A stretch of DNA of 64,000 nucleotides from Eledone cirrhosa (lineage: Eukaryota): positions 272,056,001-272,120,000 of the forward strand of contig OZ024742.1 of assembly GCA_964016885.1 (NCBI GenBank). Direction: 5' to 3'. A program made the translations under genes and the position numbers. This document shows, piece after piece, positions 26,343 to 41,000 of the stretch. The notes beneath the pieces are model-generated. The model made no database searches. It saw nothing but the letters and a program-made list of their open reading frames with translations, and had not been told where the DNA came from. How positions within the stretch are numbered: position 1 is the first letter of the stretch; each line of letters opens with the position of its first letter.

Positions 26343-29168
26343 AGTTGAACTGGAGGAACTAAGCCGAGAGATTGAGTTGGAAATGGAGAGTGGAGAATAT
26401 CACGCAAATGAGCCGGTACTAAATGGGTGTGACAAGGTTGAGAGACCTGAGGAAGCAACCGAAACAGGCAATGAACTGAATGCTGGAATAATTAACAGCT
26501 GAAACAAAGATACGTCCATTGAGGAAATAAATGCTGAAGTGCTAAGGCAAGATTCTGTTGACATTTCGAACTTAGTGGTAGATGAAATGAACTTGGTAGA
26601 TGAAATGAACTTGGCAGAAACAAGGTAAAAGTAACGACAGTTAAGGTAAATAGGGTCATCCCATACATTGAGGCAAAGAACCTTCACCAATGCAACAACA
26701 TCCTCAAAGCAACAGCAAATGTGGTGAAATATTTTCTTGGAATAAAAACGGGAGGAAACAACAAACAAGTAAGAACAGAGCATTGGGGGAAGTGGCAAAT
26801 GAAAGATCAAATCAAGGAATTAAGAAAAGACATTGGACAGCTTGAGTCCTTATGAAACGGGACACTACAACAGAGAGACACTAAAGAGAGATTGAAAATA
26901 TAATACGGCACTAAGGGAAAATACTTAAATATTAACATAGAGGAACTGCAGCAACTCAATGTAGCAACAATTGCAAAGATTAAACGACATATCGTGTGTA
27001 GACAGTTTCTACATGTTTGACGACAACCAAAAAATGTTATTTAAATAAGAGTATTAACGCCGTATTAAGAGAGTATTAACGCCGTCATCCCTGAAGCTGA
27101 TGAGACTAAGACATTTTAGAAACGAACATGGGAGCAGGAATTTGAACATAATAGTCAGGCAGTGTGGATTGACATAGTTAAAAACGAGATTAGTGAATAA
27201 GCACACCAACAACCTGGTTTAAGTATCATAGTTAAAACTCTTAAAAAGCAGGCCAATAAACTAGCCACATGGAAATAACCAGGCTCAGATGGAGTGCAAG
27301 AATATAAGGAAAAAATATGACATCCCGCCACCCAAAACTAATAGCAATGTTCATTGACTGCTTGGTGTCGAGTGAGTACCAGAGTACTTTACAAAAACTA
27401 CTATAGTTCTGGTAATGAAAGCCTGAATCAAGAGTAATGACGTTACCAACTATAGGCCTATCACATTTCTGTCCGTAATGCTAAGAAGCATTGTATCTGA
27501 GGAAATCTACTATCACCTTACATAAACAATTATTGCCGGACGAAGAGAAAGGATACCGAAAGAAGTCCCGTGGTACAAAAGACCAGTTGCTTATTGACAA
27601 AATGTTAATAAGAAAATGGAAGAGAAGGCATACTGGTCTTGCCATTGGATGGAGAGACTACAATAAGGCATTCGAAACGGTTCCTCATTCTTGGATAACC
27701 AAAAGCCAAGATATTATAAGGTGGCAGACCACATCCGACAGCTATTAAGTAAAGTATGATATGCGGAGAAACTGAGATAACACCAGGCGGTGAATCCTTG
27801 GAGGAATAAAGATCAATAGAGGTGTCTTTCAAGGAGATAAGTTGTCCCATTTGTTATTTGTCCTTGCACTCATACCCTTGTCTCTCATATTGCGATGAAT
27901 GAAAGTAGGATACAAGCTTGGAAGTGCAGAGCTTACCATCAATTCCCTTCATGGATAATATAAATCTCTTTGGAAAAAGCAAGAGGGGCTTGGATGTACT
28001 TGTTAATACTGTCCATATTTTCAGAAATGTTATATATAGAGAATTTAGTGTTAATAAGTTTGGAGACCAAGCGATGAAAAGGCGTATATTGAACAGAAGC
28101 AATAGCATCCAGGTACCAATGGGGGAGATGATAAAGCAAATCGACACACCAGAGGGATACACATATTTAGGTGTTCTGGTGGCAGATGACGTCAAGAACA
28201 AAAAAAAAATGAAGGAATTGATAAGATCTGAATACATAAGGAGAATAAGGAACATACTATAATCACATCTAAATGGTAGGAATGTCATAAGCGCAGTAAA
28301 TTTCCGAGCTGTGTCTATTAGGTACAGTGTTGGAATTCTGAAATGGAATGTTACTGGGAAAAAAGAAATGGATAGGAAGACTAGGAAGCTAATGATTACA
28401 TACAACATGTTCCACAAGAGGAGTGATGTTGATAGTCTCTACTTAAAGAGATCTGAAGTTGGAAGAGGTCATATCAGCGTAGATTACTGTGTTCAGATGG
28501 AGAAAAGTAGTTTCCGGAAATAGGTGTCTGAGAGTAGGGTGATGATGCACAAAGTTGTACTAAGGCAGAAAACAATAGGACAGGGAATGTCCAAGGAAGA
28601 GCAACTTTCATGAAAAATCCTTTCATAGGAGCTTTTTTCAGAAAATATAATTCAGAGATCCGGAGATATGGAGCTGGTTAAAAAGAAGAGACCTTAAAAA
28701 ACCTACAGAAGGAATGCTAAGAGCAGCACAAGAGCAAGCCCTCAGGACAAAGTGGGTGAAACGCTATTTTGACGCGGAAGAGGCTAGTTCACTATGTAGG
28801 ATCTGTGGAGAGAGAGAGAGAGAGAGAGAGGACACTCTCACTCACATCGTATCCGTGTGTAAAGACGTAGGCCACACTCACTATGAAGGATGGAGCCATG
28901 ATATAATAGGAAAGATGATTCACCGGCATTTATGCGAACTAAATAATTTACCACATTCTGAGATTTTGTATGAGCATAAGCCAGATTCGGTGATGGAGAA
29001 CGATTTAAATGAAGTTGTTATAGGATTTCAGGATTCAGATAGTCAGTTACAAAATTAATGATTACAAGGATTTAACGTAGGAGTAAAAAAAAGAGTTGGG
29101 ACTGTAATGAAATCACGGTCATCCCTATTGACATAGGAGCAATAGGTACTATATCAAATAATTTTAAG
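26343..29168 (+). mobile_element. Decayed R4/Dong-type LINE (RT plus CCHC)
   Basis: [52 protein letters not shown]. Colinear with 59190-62130. Confidence 0.9.
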
Positions 29169-29169
29169 T

Positions 29170-30825
29170 GGTTCAACTCCTTCATATCCAAAAAAGCGAA
29201 GTTCATACCGTTGGACATTGTTAATTTTTACCCGTCGATCTCAGAGGCCCTGTTAAACAAAGCGTTGGACTTCTCTACCACTTACACTACCGTCGATGGT
29301 TTAGACAGAGAAATCATCGCTCACTGCCGGAAAACCTTCCTCTTCAACGACGGAGTAGCCTGAGAAGTCAACAACATCAGACCTATCTCCATGGGATCGT
29401 TTGACAGTGCTGACGTATGCGACTTGGTTGGCCTATTTATTTTAGATATATTACGTGTTAGATTCCCGGATTTCCACACGGGAATATACCGTGACGACGG
29501 ACTGATATTATCGGGCCATAAAAGTGGTCATGACCTCGACCGGTTTAAAAATGACTTAGCTTCTACCTTCAATGAGTTAGTACTAGGGAAAACAGTAGCT
29601 ATCAACCTCTCTAGCGTAGATTTCTTACACATTAATTTAGACTTTCGCACACACACCTACAAATCCTTCCATAAGCTAAACCAAAAACTCAATTACATTC
29701 ACAACGATTCATGCCACCCTCCCACTGTTATTAGAAACTTCGTAAATAATATCAGTACTAGAATCTCAAACCTGTCCTCTAATAAGGCTATCTTTGATAG
29801 GGCGGCACCCTACTATAACATGGCGTTAGCTAACAGCGGCTTCTCGCAACCTATCACTTACTCTCCCACTATCAACAACAGCAATAAGAAAAGAAAGCGT
29901 AACAATAGACAAATTATCTGGTTCTCTCCTCCTTTCTCACTCAACGTTAAAACCAATGTAGGCAACAAATTTCTAGCCCTCTTAGATAGACACTTTCCCA
30001 TAGGTCATAAATACCGCTCCATCTGTAACCGACACAAAGTAAAACTAGGATACCCCTGCGCTAAGAACATGAAGGCCCACATCACCAACAGCCCTAGGAG
30101 CAACACCCACCAGGGTGCTCTTGCCTTAAGCCCGAAGCTTGTCCCCTTCAACAACAATGCTACACACTCGCTGTAATTCATGAAGCAGTGGTCACTTCCA
30201 ACCCACCAAATCAACCACAGGAGGTCAAATCCCATGTGGGTATGGCGGAGGGCCAATTTAAGGAACGCTTCCTGAACCACCAGTCGACCTTTAGGTACCC
30301 GGACATACGTTCATCCATGAAACTCGCGAGCCAGTTATGGTCCCTCAAGGACTCAAGTATAGGCTACTCCATTCAATGCAAAGCCATCACTACGTCCAAG
30401 GCATGCGGAAGGGGAAATCCGTCGTGTGGACTATGTATTGATGAACGAATAAATATTCTAATGAGATTATGCAATAGTGATTGCCTAAACACGAGAAATG
30501 AACTCTTCACACGTTGTCCACAGGTCTTGAAACAAAGCTCCGTATATCTGTACATTGTGTTATGGTTGACGTACGTTCAAAGATTGAATCACAACAACAT
30601 CCTAATTTTCTTATCAACTAGAAACTTTTCGGACTTTCGCAGTCATCTCCCTTACACCTTTCGGACGCTTTTTAGTATTGCCTGCGTGAAGTGGCGGTTT
30701 TCTGGATCATGCGCGTTCGTACGGTTGTCCTTCCTGTTCCGTATAACCATGTCCATTACGAGCTGAGGATCCGCTAAGGTGAAACAATTGTTCCGGTATG
30801 GTGAACTAACTGTTGTGCAACCACT

Positions 30826-30827
<2 letters not shown>
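29170..30827 (+). mobile_element. Penelope-like element (RT core plus GIY-YIG) abutting the Dong 3' region
   Basis: LDIVNFYPSISE (~29210), MGSFDSADVCDLVGLFIL, GIYRDDGL, IIWFSPPFS, HVGMAEGQFKERF, CGLCIDE. HHR at the 3' end, followed by (TA)n. Confidence 0.92.
30753..30801 (+). ncRNA. Minimal hammerhead with intact core and damaged stem I
   Basis: CTGAGGA (30763)-tCC gctaa GGt-GAAA-CAATTG(palindrome)-TT, flanked by CCAT/ATGG. Confidence 0.65.
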
Positions 30828-30914
<87 letters not shown>

Positions 30915-30916
<2 letters not shown>

Positions 30917-31690
30917 TAAAATAACAGATTAAATTTTAAGCAAATGATCGCTGATTTCACCATTAATGGATTCTTCGGAAACTAAACATATCAATCTGTG
31001 AACGCAGAAGTAAATATTTCGAGAAACGTTTCAACCGAAGGAAAACAGGATGATGATACATTTGTTCGAGAAGACGTTCCCTGCCAATGAACGAGAGAAA
31101 GCGAAAATAATACGTTGTCAGGTGGAGCGGGGAGAATAATTACACGCAAAGACAAAACCACGTGTATGGTATAAATGAAGTCGTAGACTAATATTCTATT
31201 TAGGAAACCGAATGATTCTCGGCTTCAGAATTAAGAATAAAGTAAATAAATTAGTAGAACGAAAATGACAGATGTTATTAAAATCTATAATAATTAAATA
31301 TATACATACACGCATCTATATACATACATACACGTGCATATGCAAAAACACCCGCCATGCATGCATATTACATGCACGTACACATAAACACGCGCTCACA
31401 TACATACACCCGCGCGAAACCTGTACCCGCACACATACGAACGCAAACACTAAATACACATAAACAATATCTATATGTGTTTGTATATACATATAATCAT
31501 ATACACGTATATAAATATACACACATAAATACGTATACAACGCACGCACACACATACCTACAGGTGAATACACATATGTTCACCAAACGTACGTCAACCA
31601 TAACACAATGTACACATATACATCCCTTACATAAGTGCACACACACATATACGCAGACACAGACAAACACAAAAATACACATATACACAT
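30915..31690 (-). mobile_element. Non-coding pLTR-like repeat family D, copy 1, with HHR-like motif at 30933-30983
   Basis: Homologous to 42783-43540 (same orientation) and 41471-41812 (inverted). Confidence 0.8.
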
Positions 31691-31701
31691 AACTATATAC
31701 A

Positions 31702-31890
31702 TAATTGTTTCTACTTTAGGCACAAGGCCAGCAATTACTCAGTGCATTACTGGTACTTTATTTTATCGACCCCGTAAGGATGAAAGGCAAAGTCAACCTC
31801 GGCGGGATTTGAACTCAGATCGTAAAGGGACGTAACTATGCTGGAAACCATGGCGTCCGACCCTCTGCCGATACTGCCACTTCACCGCCC
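31702..31890 (-). mobile_element. Full-length tRNA-derived SINE
   Basis: Reverse complement of the 45698-45886 type, with A/B boxes and core. Confidence 0.9.
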
Positions 31891-32079
31891 TCCATATATA
31901 CCAGTATACATAATACAATATATAGACCTATAACAAATACAAGCATATATACACACGAGAAGGTATACGTACGTTCACAAAACATACGGATAAGGTATAC
32001 TTACCTATACAAATAAGTAATGGTATAAACTTAACAAATACTTAGCTGCCACATCAAGACGTAAATTATCCGCGTATTG

Positions 32080-33127
32080 TTAGTAATCTCCGTTACGGTA
32101 TAATGTGAGGCTGTAATACAGGAAAGTTTTATTCAATTTGTGTTTACAAGCCGAAATTGCCTCACATTTTTTGTTTAAGATGTGGCCGTTGGCGTAGAGT
32201 ATTTCCAGGGCTTCAGCGGCGCAAAGATCACATGATCTTTTATTTCCGTTATACGATCTAGCCCTAACTAGGATATCCCTGTGTAAACTATATTGGCTGT
32301 GGTTGTCTTTTAGACTCCAGATATAAGCTGAAAGGGACGTCATATTCCATATTAAAGAGTTAAGAAAATAATGGGTGTGCATGTAAAGACGCTGCTTGAA
32401 CCTATTGGCGGTTAACCCTATGTAGGCCCTACGTGTTTCGACCCTACATTTGTAGACAATATTACTGGAAAGGTATTTCCTGGATAGAGGGCATTCAACC
32501 CGATTCCTACAATTACAGTTAGTACATGCTACAAGGTTGCACGTGTCCCTACGGCTAGGTAATTTAGCTAAATTTGAAGCAGTGATATTATGTGCAAGGT
32601 TAGGGGTCCTAGAGTAAGATATGTTAATGGTATATCTATTAAACAAATATTATATGTATGTGCTGAGGGGAAATGCTTCTTAATAGGAGAGAGACATATT
32701 TTAACTAATGGCGAGGCCACCTCCATATTATATAGTGGGTTATAAAATATAATACGTCGGGAGTTATGTTTCTGTGGACTATTCTCATACTTAGTATATG
32801 CTAACTTATAGGAAAATTCACTCCGAACAAGAGCTTCATTGTAATAGGTAGAATGGTCAGTGAAAATATGCTTGTTTGTAGATAGACGGGAAAACCTCAA
32901 AGAATCGATTCTTACCAGGTTCCTGGTTATGCTGGCAGGATGGTTAGAATGCTTACTCATGTAATTAAGCGTATCATTCAGCTTTGTATACGGGCAGTGA
33001 AAGCCATTTGACAAATTGATGGTAACGTTGAGGTAATTAATGACCGAGAGGTTGGCCTCAACCTGTTTCGAGAGGTAGATGCCTTTAAAGAAGGCTACGA
33101 GTTCTTTTCTGAATCTGTCGCAAGCGC

Positions 33128-33128
<1 letters not shown>
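32080..33128 (-). pseudogene. Penelope RT C-terminus plus GIY-YIG, frameshifted
   Basis: ORFs 32568..33014 and 32080..32646: HSNHP, IIFYNP, CNCRNRVECPL, IVYKC, AYIGLTANRFKQRL, CDLCAAE, CKH. Confidence 0.9.
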
Positions 33129-33202
<74 letters not shown>

Positions 33203-33972
33203 GTATATATGTATGTATGGGTGCACGCGTGTGTGTGTATTTTGTGAGCCTAGTTACTCTGAAGTTTCACTTGCGTACTCGCATGACAATCAGACTACGG
33301 CATGAATTATTGTATTTTCCATTTATGTTTCAATATTCTGAATATTGCTTTACCCTTTATTTTAAGTAATTTATATTTCTACTGCATAATACAAATTCGT
33401 GATACCGACATGATTCTCTCAGTGTCTTTCTATATAAAATATATTTTGGAAGTTCATAATCTATGTTTTATTACATGGTGGTATCGAGAGTTTGATGATG
33501 AAGTAATTTTGTTTTGTATATGATTATTTTGTGAATGTTATGTTCATACTTTATTGAAATTGATAAATATATATTTTCTATCTTATATTTTTCACAATAG
33601 AGTTTGTTAATTTAATTGTACATTTTCATAGACTTAATTAGTATTTTTTCAGTTTTTTTATGTTTGTTTATATTGTTTTAGTATGCTACAAACTACAACG
33701 TAAATCTATTTCGCTTCTTCCCTCACTACATTATTATATCATTGTATTTATTCTTAGCTACATTCATACGAGACAATATCTGAAATTGTATATACACAAG
33801 TACTTGCACACCACGACGCAGGAACATATATATATATATATATATACATATATATCAACACACGGAAATGTAGCACTTTGTTAGTATATGCATAATGAAT
33901 ACACATTCATGAATACACCACGCACAAACACACGCATACCCATACACACACATACAAACACACACACAGGCA

Positions 33973-34027
<55 letters not shown>

Positions 34028-34553
34028 TCTTGCATATATATTCATGTATATGATTATATGTATAAGATCGTCCTATTCGTATGATGTACTGCATAACAAT
34101 TCGGGTCTATAAAGACATAGGCACATACAAACATTTGAGCCAAAAGGGGATAAACACCTAGTCACATTATCGCGCGTGCGTGACATATTTTCTCAAACTT
34201 CAATATATTTTACAACTGACAACTTTATTGATATTTTACATCGTAAAAATATTTTATTACATCAATATTTCAATTCTGCTTGCATTCTAGTTTTTAAATA
34301 TCTATTCTGCCCCATCAATTGTTAAAAACATTCTTGTTTACCGAATTATATTCAAAGAAATGTAATCAAGGCTTAACATTTCTTTCTTTATGAACCGTTA
34401 CTTTCCAATTCATTATCTATTGCATTTATATTTAAATAACAATTTCAAATAAATTAACTAGTGTTTTTTTCTTTTGTTCTTTTATTATTTTCCCCTTATG
34501 TTGTAAAAGAATGAGAGTGTGTAAATCATTGTTTCCCTCAGTATATTTCCAAC

Positions 34554-34600
<47 letters not shown>

Positions 34601-34610
34601 TATATATATA

Positions 34611-34863
<253 letters not shown>

Positions 34864-34877
34864 GTATATATATATAT

Positions 34878-35226
34878 GGGATAACAAGTTATCGTTTTAG
34901 GTAATCCAGTTAAAGGTTGTGAGTACACTGTTTTGTGGATAGTTTTAACGTACGGCGTTGTTTGACTCAACAAGACGTTTCCATACTTAGTAGCGAGTTC
35001 GCGAGAATTCACATGCAGCTTATTCTTGGAGTATTAGTAGTGAAAGCGTGAATAATAACATGGTATTCTGTACAAAAATGGTATTATTTATAGTATTAAC
35101 AATTGTTTCATTGATCAGGTGAGTCTAAAGGCCGCTAATCACTCGAAATTGTGTCCCTCAACGTTAAATACAGTGTTCGCCTCTGATGAAATCATCAGAA
35201 TCAGTATGAAACAATTGTTAATACTA
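34878..35226 (-). mobile_element. Family B pLTR with short terminal inversion (35206-35226)
   Basis: Matches 10915-11160. tagtattaacaattgtttcat (35091-35111) is inverted at 35206-35226. Confidence 0.8.
35095..35201 (-). ncRNA. Type I hammerhead with very long loop II, intact core
   Basis: Minus strand: ATT-CTGATGA-tTTcATCAG-(~60 nt)-CTGATcAAt-GAAA-CAATTG-TT-AAT. Confidence 0.72.
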
Positions 35227-35229
35227 AAA

Positions 35230-35276
<47 letters not shown>

Positions 35277-35284
35277 TGTGTGTG

Positions 35285-35332
<48 letters not shown>

Positions 35333-35391
35333 TGTGTCTGTGTCTGTGTGTGTCTGTGTGTGCGTATGTGTGTGTGCGTATGTGTGTGCGC

Positions 35392-35423
<32 letters not shown>

Positions 35424-35455
35424 GTGTGTGTGTGTGCACGTATTTTACCATACAG

Positions 35456-35491
35456 ACAGTCAGCTTCTCTCTCTTATTTCACCGAAAAGCG
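35456..35491 (+). CDS. Candidate 36-nt phase-1/phase-1 exon ([12 protein letters not shown])
   Basis: ttttaccatacag|...AAGCG|gtaagt. The phase is compatible with the 5223-5267 candidate. Confidence 0.2.
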
Positions 35492-35620
35492 GTAAGTGAC
35501 ATAGTCACTACTTTAAAACTGATAGCGTATGATCTAAATATTTTGAATTAAACATGCGGTATATTGCCAAATACACTATAGATGCATTCATGTATACATC
35601 GCTATTTCAGAGCACCAATC

Positions 35621-35682
<62 letters not shown>

Positions 35683-35690
35683 TATATATA

Positions 35691-35737
35691 GATGAGATTC
35701 TACAGGACTAGAACTGTTTCATTCATTAGAAATCATC
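35691..35737 (-). repeat. Family C HHR fragment embedded in (TA)n
   Basis: Reverse complement reads gatgatttctaatgaatgaaacagttctagtcctgtagaatctcatc, matching 8244-8290. Confidence 0.85.
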
Positions 35738-35768
<31 letters not shown>

Positions 35769-37089
35769 ATATATTTCACGGAGCACTTCTGAGACCCCAA
35801 TTTTTACCGTCCCCTCTACTTACAGTCACCCCAACCACTCGGTTCACCCCACAACTATTCATACTAACAACCCCCACACCCTCCCCTATCACACACGCAC
35901 CCACAAACTCATCACGCGCGCACACACCTGTACATATATACTCTCACCCACGTACACACCGATACACAACCCAATCCACACTCGCACTACCGTTACACTA
36001 CGCACACACCCGTATTCGACGACACCCCACACCTAATAATACTAACACCTATCCTAACACACACACTCGCATTCACACCCAAACACGCACACACACACCA
36101 GTATTTCACACTACCTCATACTGTACCCAGTACATTCTCCCTCGTGCTATTAACACGGTCCACACACACATCTTACTAACACCTCCACTAATATACACAC
36201 ACCGCCCCCTCTCACTCAACTTTTCACACTAACCCACCTCCTATCCTGTCCACCGCACCATCGCACATACATACACACATTCCACCCACCTATTAGAGGC
36301 TACACCTGGTAACTACCACTTGCCTGACAGTCACCCTCTTCACTGCAACCACCTCTCTCTCATCCTTCGCCTTGCCTTCTCCACCTTGACCCTCTTGCCA
36401 CTTCCTGTTGCACGCACCCCACAGCGTTTACTTCCTCCTCTCCAATTCCAGGGATCCTACACCGCTGGTCACTCTCTCCGGACTCTTCCCGATAACATCC
36501 GGTTTTTCCACCACCCGACCACACGCTCACCTGGAAAACATTAAGGAGCACACACACAAACACGTACACCATTTTCGCACAGACGCAACCATACATTCCC
36601 ATGTAACTACGCCATACATAACCAAACACACACACACGTGCGTATTCTCACATACACCTGCTCTGCCTCCGACCTCCGCACGACCCCTCTCCCTCACCCC
36701 CTCCGACCCCTCTCCATCCGCACACACACATAGATTTACACCCACCTAATATACACACTGGTTTTCCTGTTACCCTAGCATGGAACCTTGTTCTTCCCCA
36801 AACTCTCACACTCACATCCACACATACACGCACACGTACACCTACACACATACACACACATCACATTCCGCCCTCCCCACTCAGGCCCCCTGTTTCCTTA
36901 TCCCCTCTCCCCCTCCATCCACCCACATACCACCACCTCTAAAAGCCTCACAACCTTTCACCACTTGTTTTCATTTTAAATGTTTTCCCTCATTTTAATT
37001 TTTTCCTTCCTTCTAATTATTTCCCCCTTTTTAATGTCTTTAGATCACCACCTGACACCCTCGGAACTCTTTTCATTCCCACATTTCTC

Positions 37090-37120
37090 CTGATGAAAGG
37101 CTTATGCACGAAACGTCGTC
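37090..37120 (+). ncRNA. Hammerhead core without a convincing stem I, at the end of a C/A-rich low-complexity tract (35770-37210)
   Basis: CTGATGA-aagGC ttat GCac-GAAA-CGtCG-TC. Confidence 0.5.
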
Positions 37121-37249
37121 CCCCACCTCCCACTCTCAAACTTGAACCTAATACTAACACTGTTCGTACTGCACTCTTTGTTATTGTTTTTGTTTTTTGT
37201 TTCTAACTTTTATATACACACACACACAGGCAAGCACCCCCCCCCCCCC

Positions 37250-37356
<107 letters not shown>

Positions 37357-37357
37357 T

Positions 37358-37401
<44 letters not shown>

Positions 37402-38061
37402 ATAAGTTTGCAGAAAAGATAGATAACTGTTACCCGATATTCCTCTGCTGGAAGATTCGTTTGTGCTATGTAGAAATGTGCAAGGTCACTGCATATGCAC
37501 ATTATCCATGAGACGTCAAGCTTATCAAGGAAATCAATTACGAAGGAATATAAATATAATCTAAATTATAATAAAGTAAGGAGTGCGGAACTGCGTCTAG
37601 TATATTTGTTTTTATCCCCTTTTTAAAATAAGTTGGATTAATTCGAATAAATAATTGTTTCTACTTTAGGCACAAGGCCAGCAATTACCCAGTGTATTAC
37701 TAATAATGAATGAATTTTACATAATTTATCTACTAAATTTCGTTATTCTTGTTTAAATATAAATATTGTTGTGGCTTATTTAAAGGTTCATTTCTTTAAA
37801 ATGTTCAAATGTCAACACTTAGGGTTAGCGAACGCTTAGATAAACATTCATATATTTCCGTCATTAATTTTCTCCTAATACAATTTATTTATAATATCGT
37901 CTTTTTTAATGTATCATGGATTACATTAGTGATTACATAAGACCGTGTAACGCAGTATTCCTTAAATTTCTGTGTATATTGTCAATTACGATTTTACTAG
38001 ATGTATCATATCTACATGCATATATATTTGCTTGTAATATCAATATGCACACTACACATGA

Positions 38062-41000
38062 TAGCAGAAAGCCACCCCAAGGGTGGTTTTTCTGCTAGTA
38101 TAATATAATAAAGTTCAAGTGGGTGTGGGATCGCATAATCTACTTTGCTTGAACAGGTAGAGGAAAGTATTAATATATGGAACTAATACTAAGACAATAA
38201 CATTATAATAAGGTTTTTCTCAATCCGAATATTATTCTAGTATCAGATATTTGAAAGGGGTTAGGTAATATATGAATCAACCAAGTTTTAAGTATATTAA
38301 AACTTTTCCATCAATGTATTAAGTTTATCATATATAAACCGTTTTAATTAACTAAAGTTAATTTTTATTATGTACTAGCAGACGAACCACCCAACGGGTG
38401 GTTTTCTGCTAGCGTATATAGTGTGTATATTGATATACTCAAATATATATGATATGATGTCATACGTAAAATGTCAATATGCACATAAACTGAGCAAAGA
38501 CTGTGTTACACTTACTTCTGTAATCAGTAAAGTAAAGAAAAGGGCGATAATGGGGATGGAAAAGCGATGAAACTGTTGACGGAAAATGTTCATGAATCTT
38601 CACTTGAGAATGTCGATGGAAATTCTCAAGCATTGAATTTGAAAATAGATGCTGCTGGTATGAATGAATGACCAATATGAACAGTTGACCTTCGCTATAT
38701 TGTTTTTCTGTATTCACATATACACTCCTTAACTTTTTGTAGTGTCGCTTTTCTAGCAGTTAAAAAGAAACTGAAATGCATTTTACATAAATGGGAGTAA
38801 TAGCTGTTTCACACCACTGTATAATTTCTTTGTAGACACAGTTATCAGCAAACAGACCTTTTTCATTTAATAATTTCATGTTACCATTTCCCACATCAAG
38901 AAAGTAGTTTGCAAACTGTCTTTCATCAGAGTCCTCTGGATTAATTAACCGTTGATTGGTTGTCATCTCCACGGTTTCCTCGGAGTCCATGAGATAGGAT
39001 CTCCTGTTGGTTGCCTCAACTATTTGTGGTCTAGCACCATCATGTACAACTGGAAGAATTTGCTTCCTGTCAGCAGATAGTAATACAGTTAGACCACCCA
39101 ATGGTTTTTGCAATCTCGAACATCTTTGAAGCTCCTGTTAAGGCATTCAAATACATGCTTAGGTCCCATACACTATCTCATCAATGATTAGCAGGTCAAC
39201 TTGCTGCATAAGTTTACCTGTGTCATCCCTCTTTGTGAAGAAGCAAATTGATTCAGCAGTCACATTGAGAGGAATCATGCACTTGGAATGAAGAGTTATA
39301 CCTTTATGAAGCAAAGTGGTTGCTATTCCAAATACGGCAGTGGCAAGTGCAATTTTATTTTTAAATCGGAGGTAATCCAATAGGATGTTTATGACATAGG
39401 TCTTTCCTGTACCTGCACTTGCATTCAAGCAGAAAATTCTGCCTTCATTTTCATTTACAGAGGTGATTACTTTGTGAAAAATAACCAGATGCTCAGGATT
39501 CAATGTTGGCAGAGAGGAAAGGGTTGTATGGAACAATCCAATGATTGTCAACAGTAAATTCTTGAGTCGCAATGTCTAGGTGTGGCCACCATGATATCTA
39601 TCCCTTCTTCTATACCCCGGAAAGGAATTTTCGGCGACAAATGTGGTTTGTCTGAATGCCTTGTGATAACTTGTTGAGCAATGGCGTTGTTGTCCTAGCC
39701 CTTCCATACATGAGCACATCATATTAGCTTGTCCACACGGGCCATGAATGATGCAGGATGTGACGATCTTATGCAGAATTGGATTGGTCTGTTTATCAGG
39801 AATCTCACAGTAGATTACCTTATCAATGGCATCAGCAGTTTTGGGCCTGCTATCTTCAGCCTTTATCAGCAGAATATGAGTAGGAGTGAGGCCTCGTTTG
39901 TGCCAGAATTAGCCACAACTTTTCCTAGGACATTACTTTTCAGTATGTCATCCATGAAGTTGTCATACTTGATCTTGAAGACTCTTGCACAAATATCATT
40001 GCACTATTTTTTTTATTTCATCCCAGTTAGGGTTAGTTGTTACCGTGATGAAATGAGATGTCTTTTCCATGTGTCGTACCACAGTCATCGAATTCTGAAA
40101 TCACTCACTGTAGAAACGAGGGGAACCATAGATTGAAGGAGGACAATCAATTCTCCGGCCTGTATTTAATGAATCTCCTTCAGCCACAGCATCATACAAA
40201 CCCCCATACTTTTCAGCTCGTAACATGGTTTGATCGTTGCGGGCCTATCTGATGCGATAATGTTCTATTTTTGCCTGGGAATATAAAGCATATTGTTGCA
40301 TCAGCCGCCTGCTCTTCTTGATAATATTACATTCACCTTGCCTAACGTGAAACCGATAACAGTAGAAATCAGTGGGTGTGAGTGTGTGGTTGTTGTCACT
40401 CCTTTTCAAACCAACCTGAAATACATCATTCCCCCAAGGAAACAGTAGCACATAATGCAGAGAAACTTAAGAACGGTGCAACTGATGAATCCTCTGAAGA
40501 CCACCATCTATTTTATGAAAGATGACATCAAAAGGACATAATGTCGTATCAGGTTGAATAACAGCAATCTCAGATGCCATGAGAAGATGAAAATCAGTGG
40601 GTTTTACTTTGTCAGCATGTAGGACAATATTCACATTTTCAGGCACTGGCATTTTAAAGACTGCCTTGAAGCTTCTAACATAGGTGTTGCAGAAGTGTAA
40701 TTCTTCTTGCAAGTCCTGCAGGACAGCAGTATCTAAATTAGCATGATGCAAGCGATTCTGAAGCTCATGATCTGTATCATAGAAGTAAAGCTGCGTAAAC
40801 TTGTGTGAAGCACCACTTGGAAGTAGTGATCCAATAATATGACAAATCTTACCTTGGATCTTAAATGTGAGACTAAATCCTGGTGCTTTTATCTCTTTGC
40901 AACCAATTGAAGCTAAGGCAAGCACATTGTTATATGCACGTATCTTATGGAGAAAAGAATCTTCTGCTTGAGTGATAACGAAATATTTCGGTTTATTTAG

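Noticed and set aside
35183-35226. Apparent plus-strand hammerhead (CTGATGA...GAAACAATTGTT)
   Set aside because: It has no proper stem I or II. It arises from the complement of the minus-strand HHR stem II placed next to a short inverted fragment.
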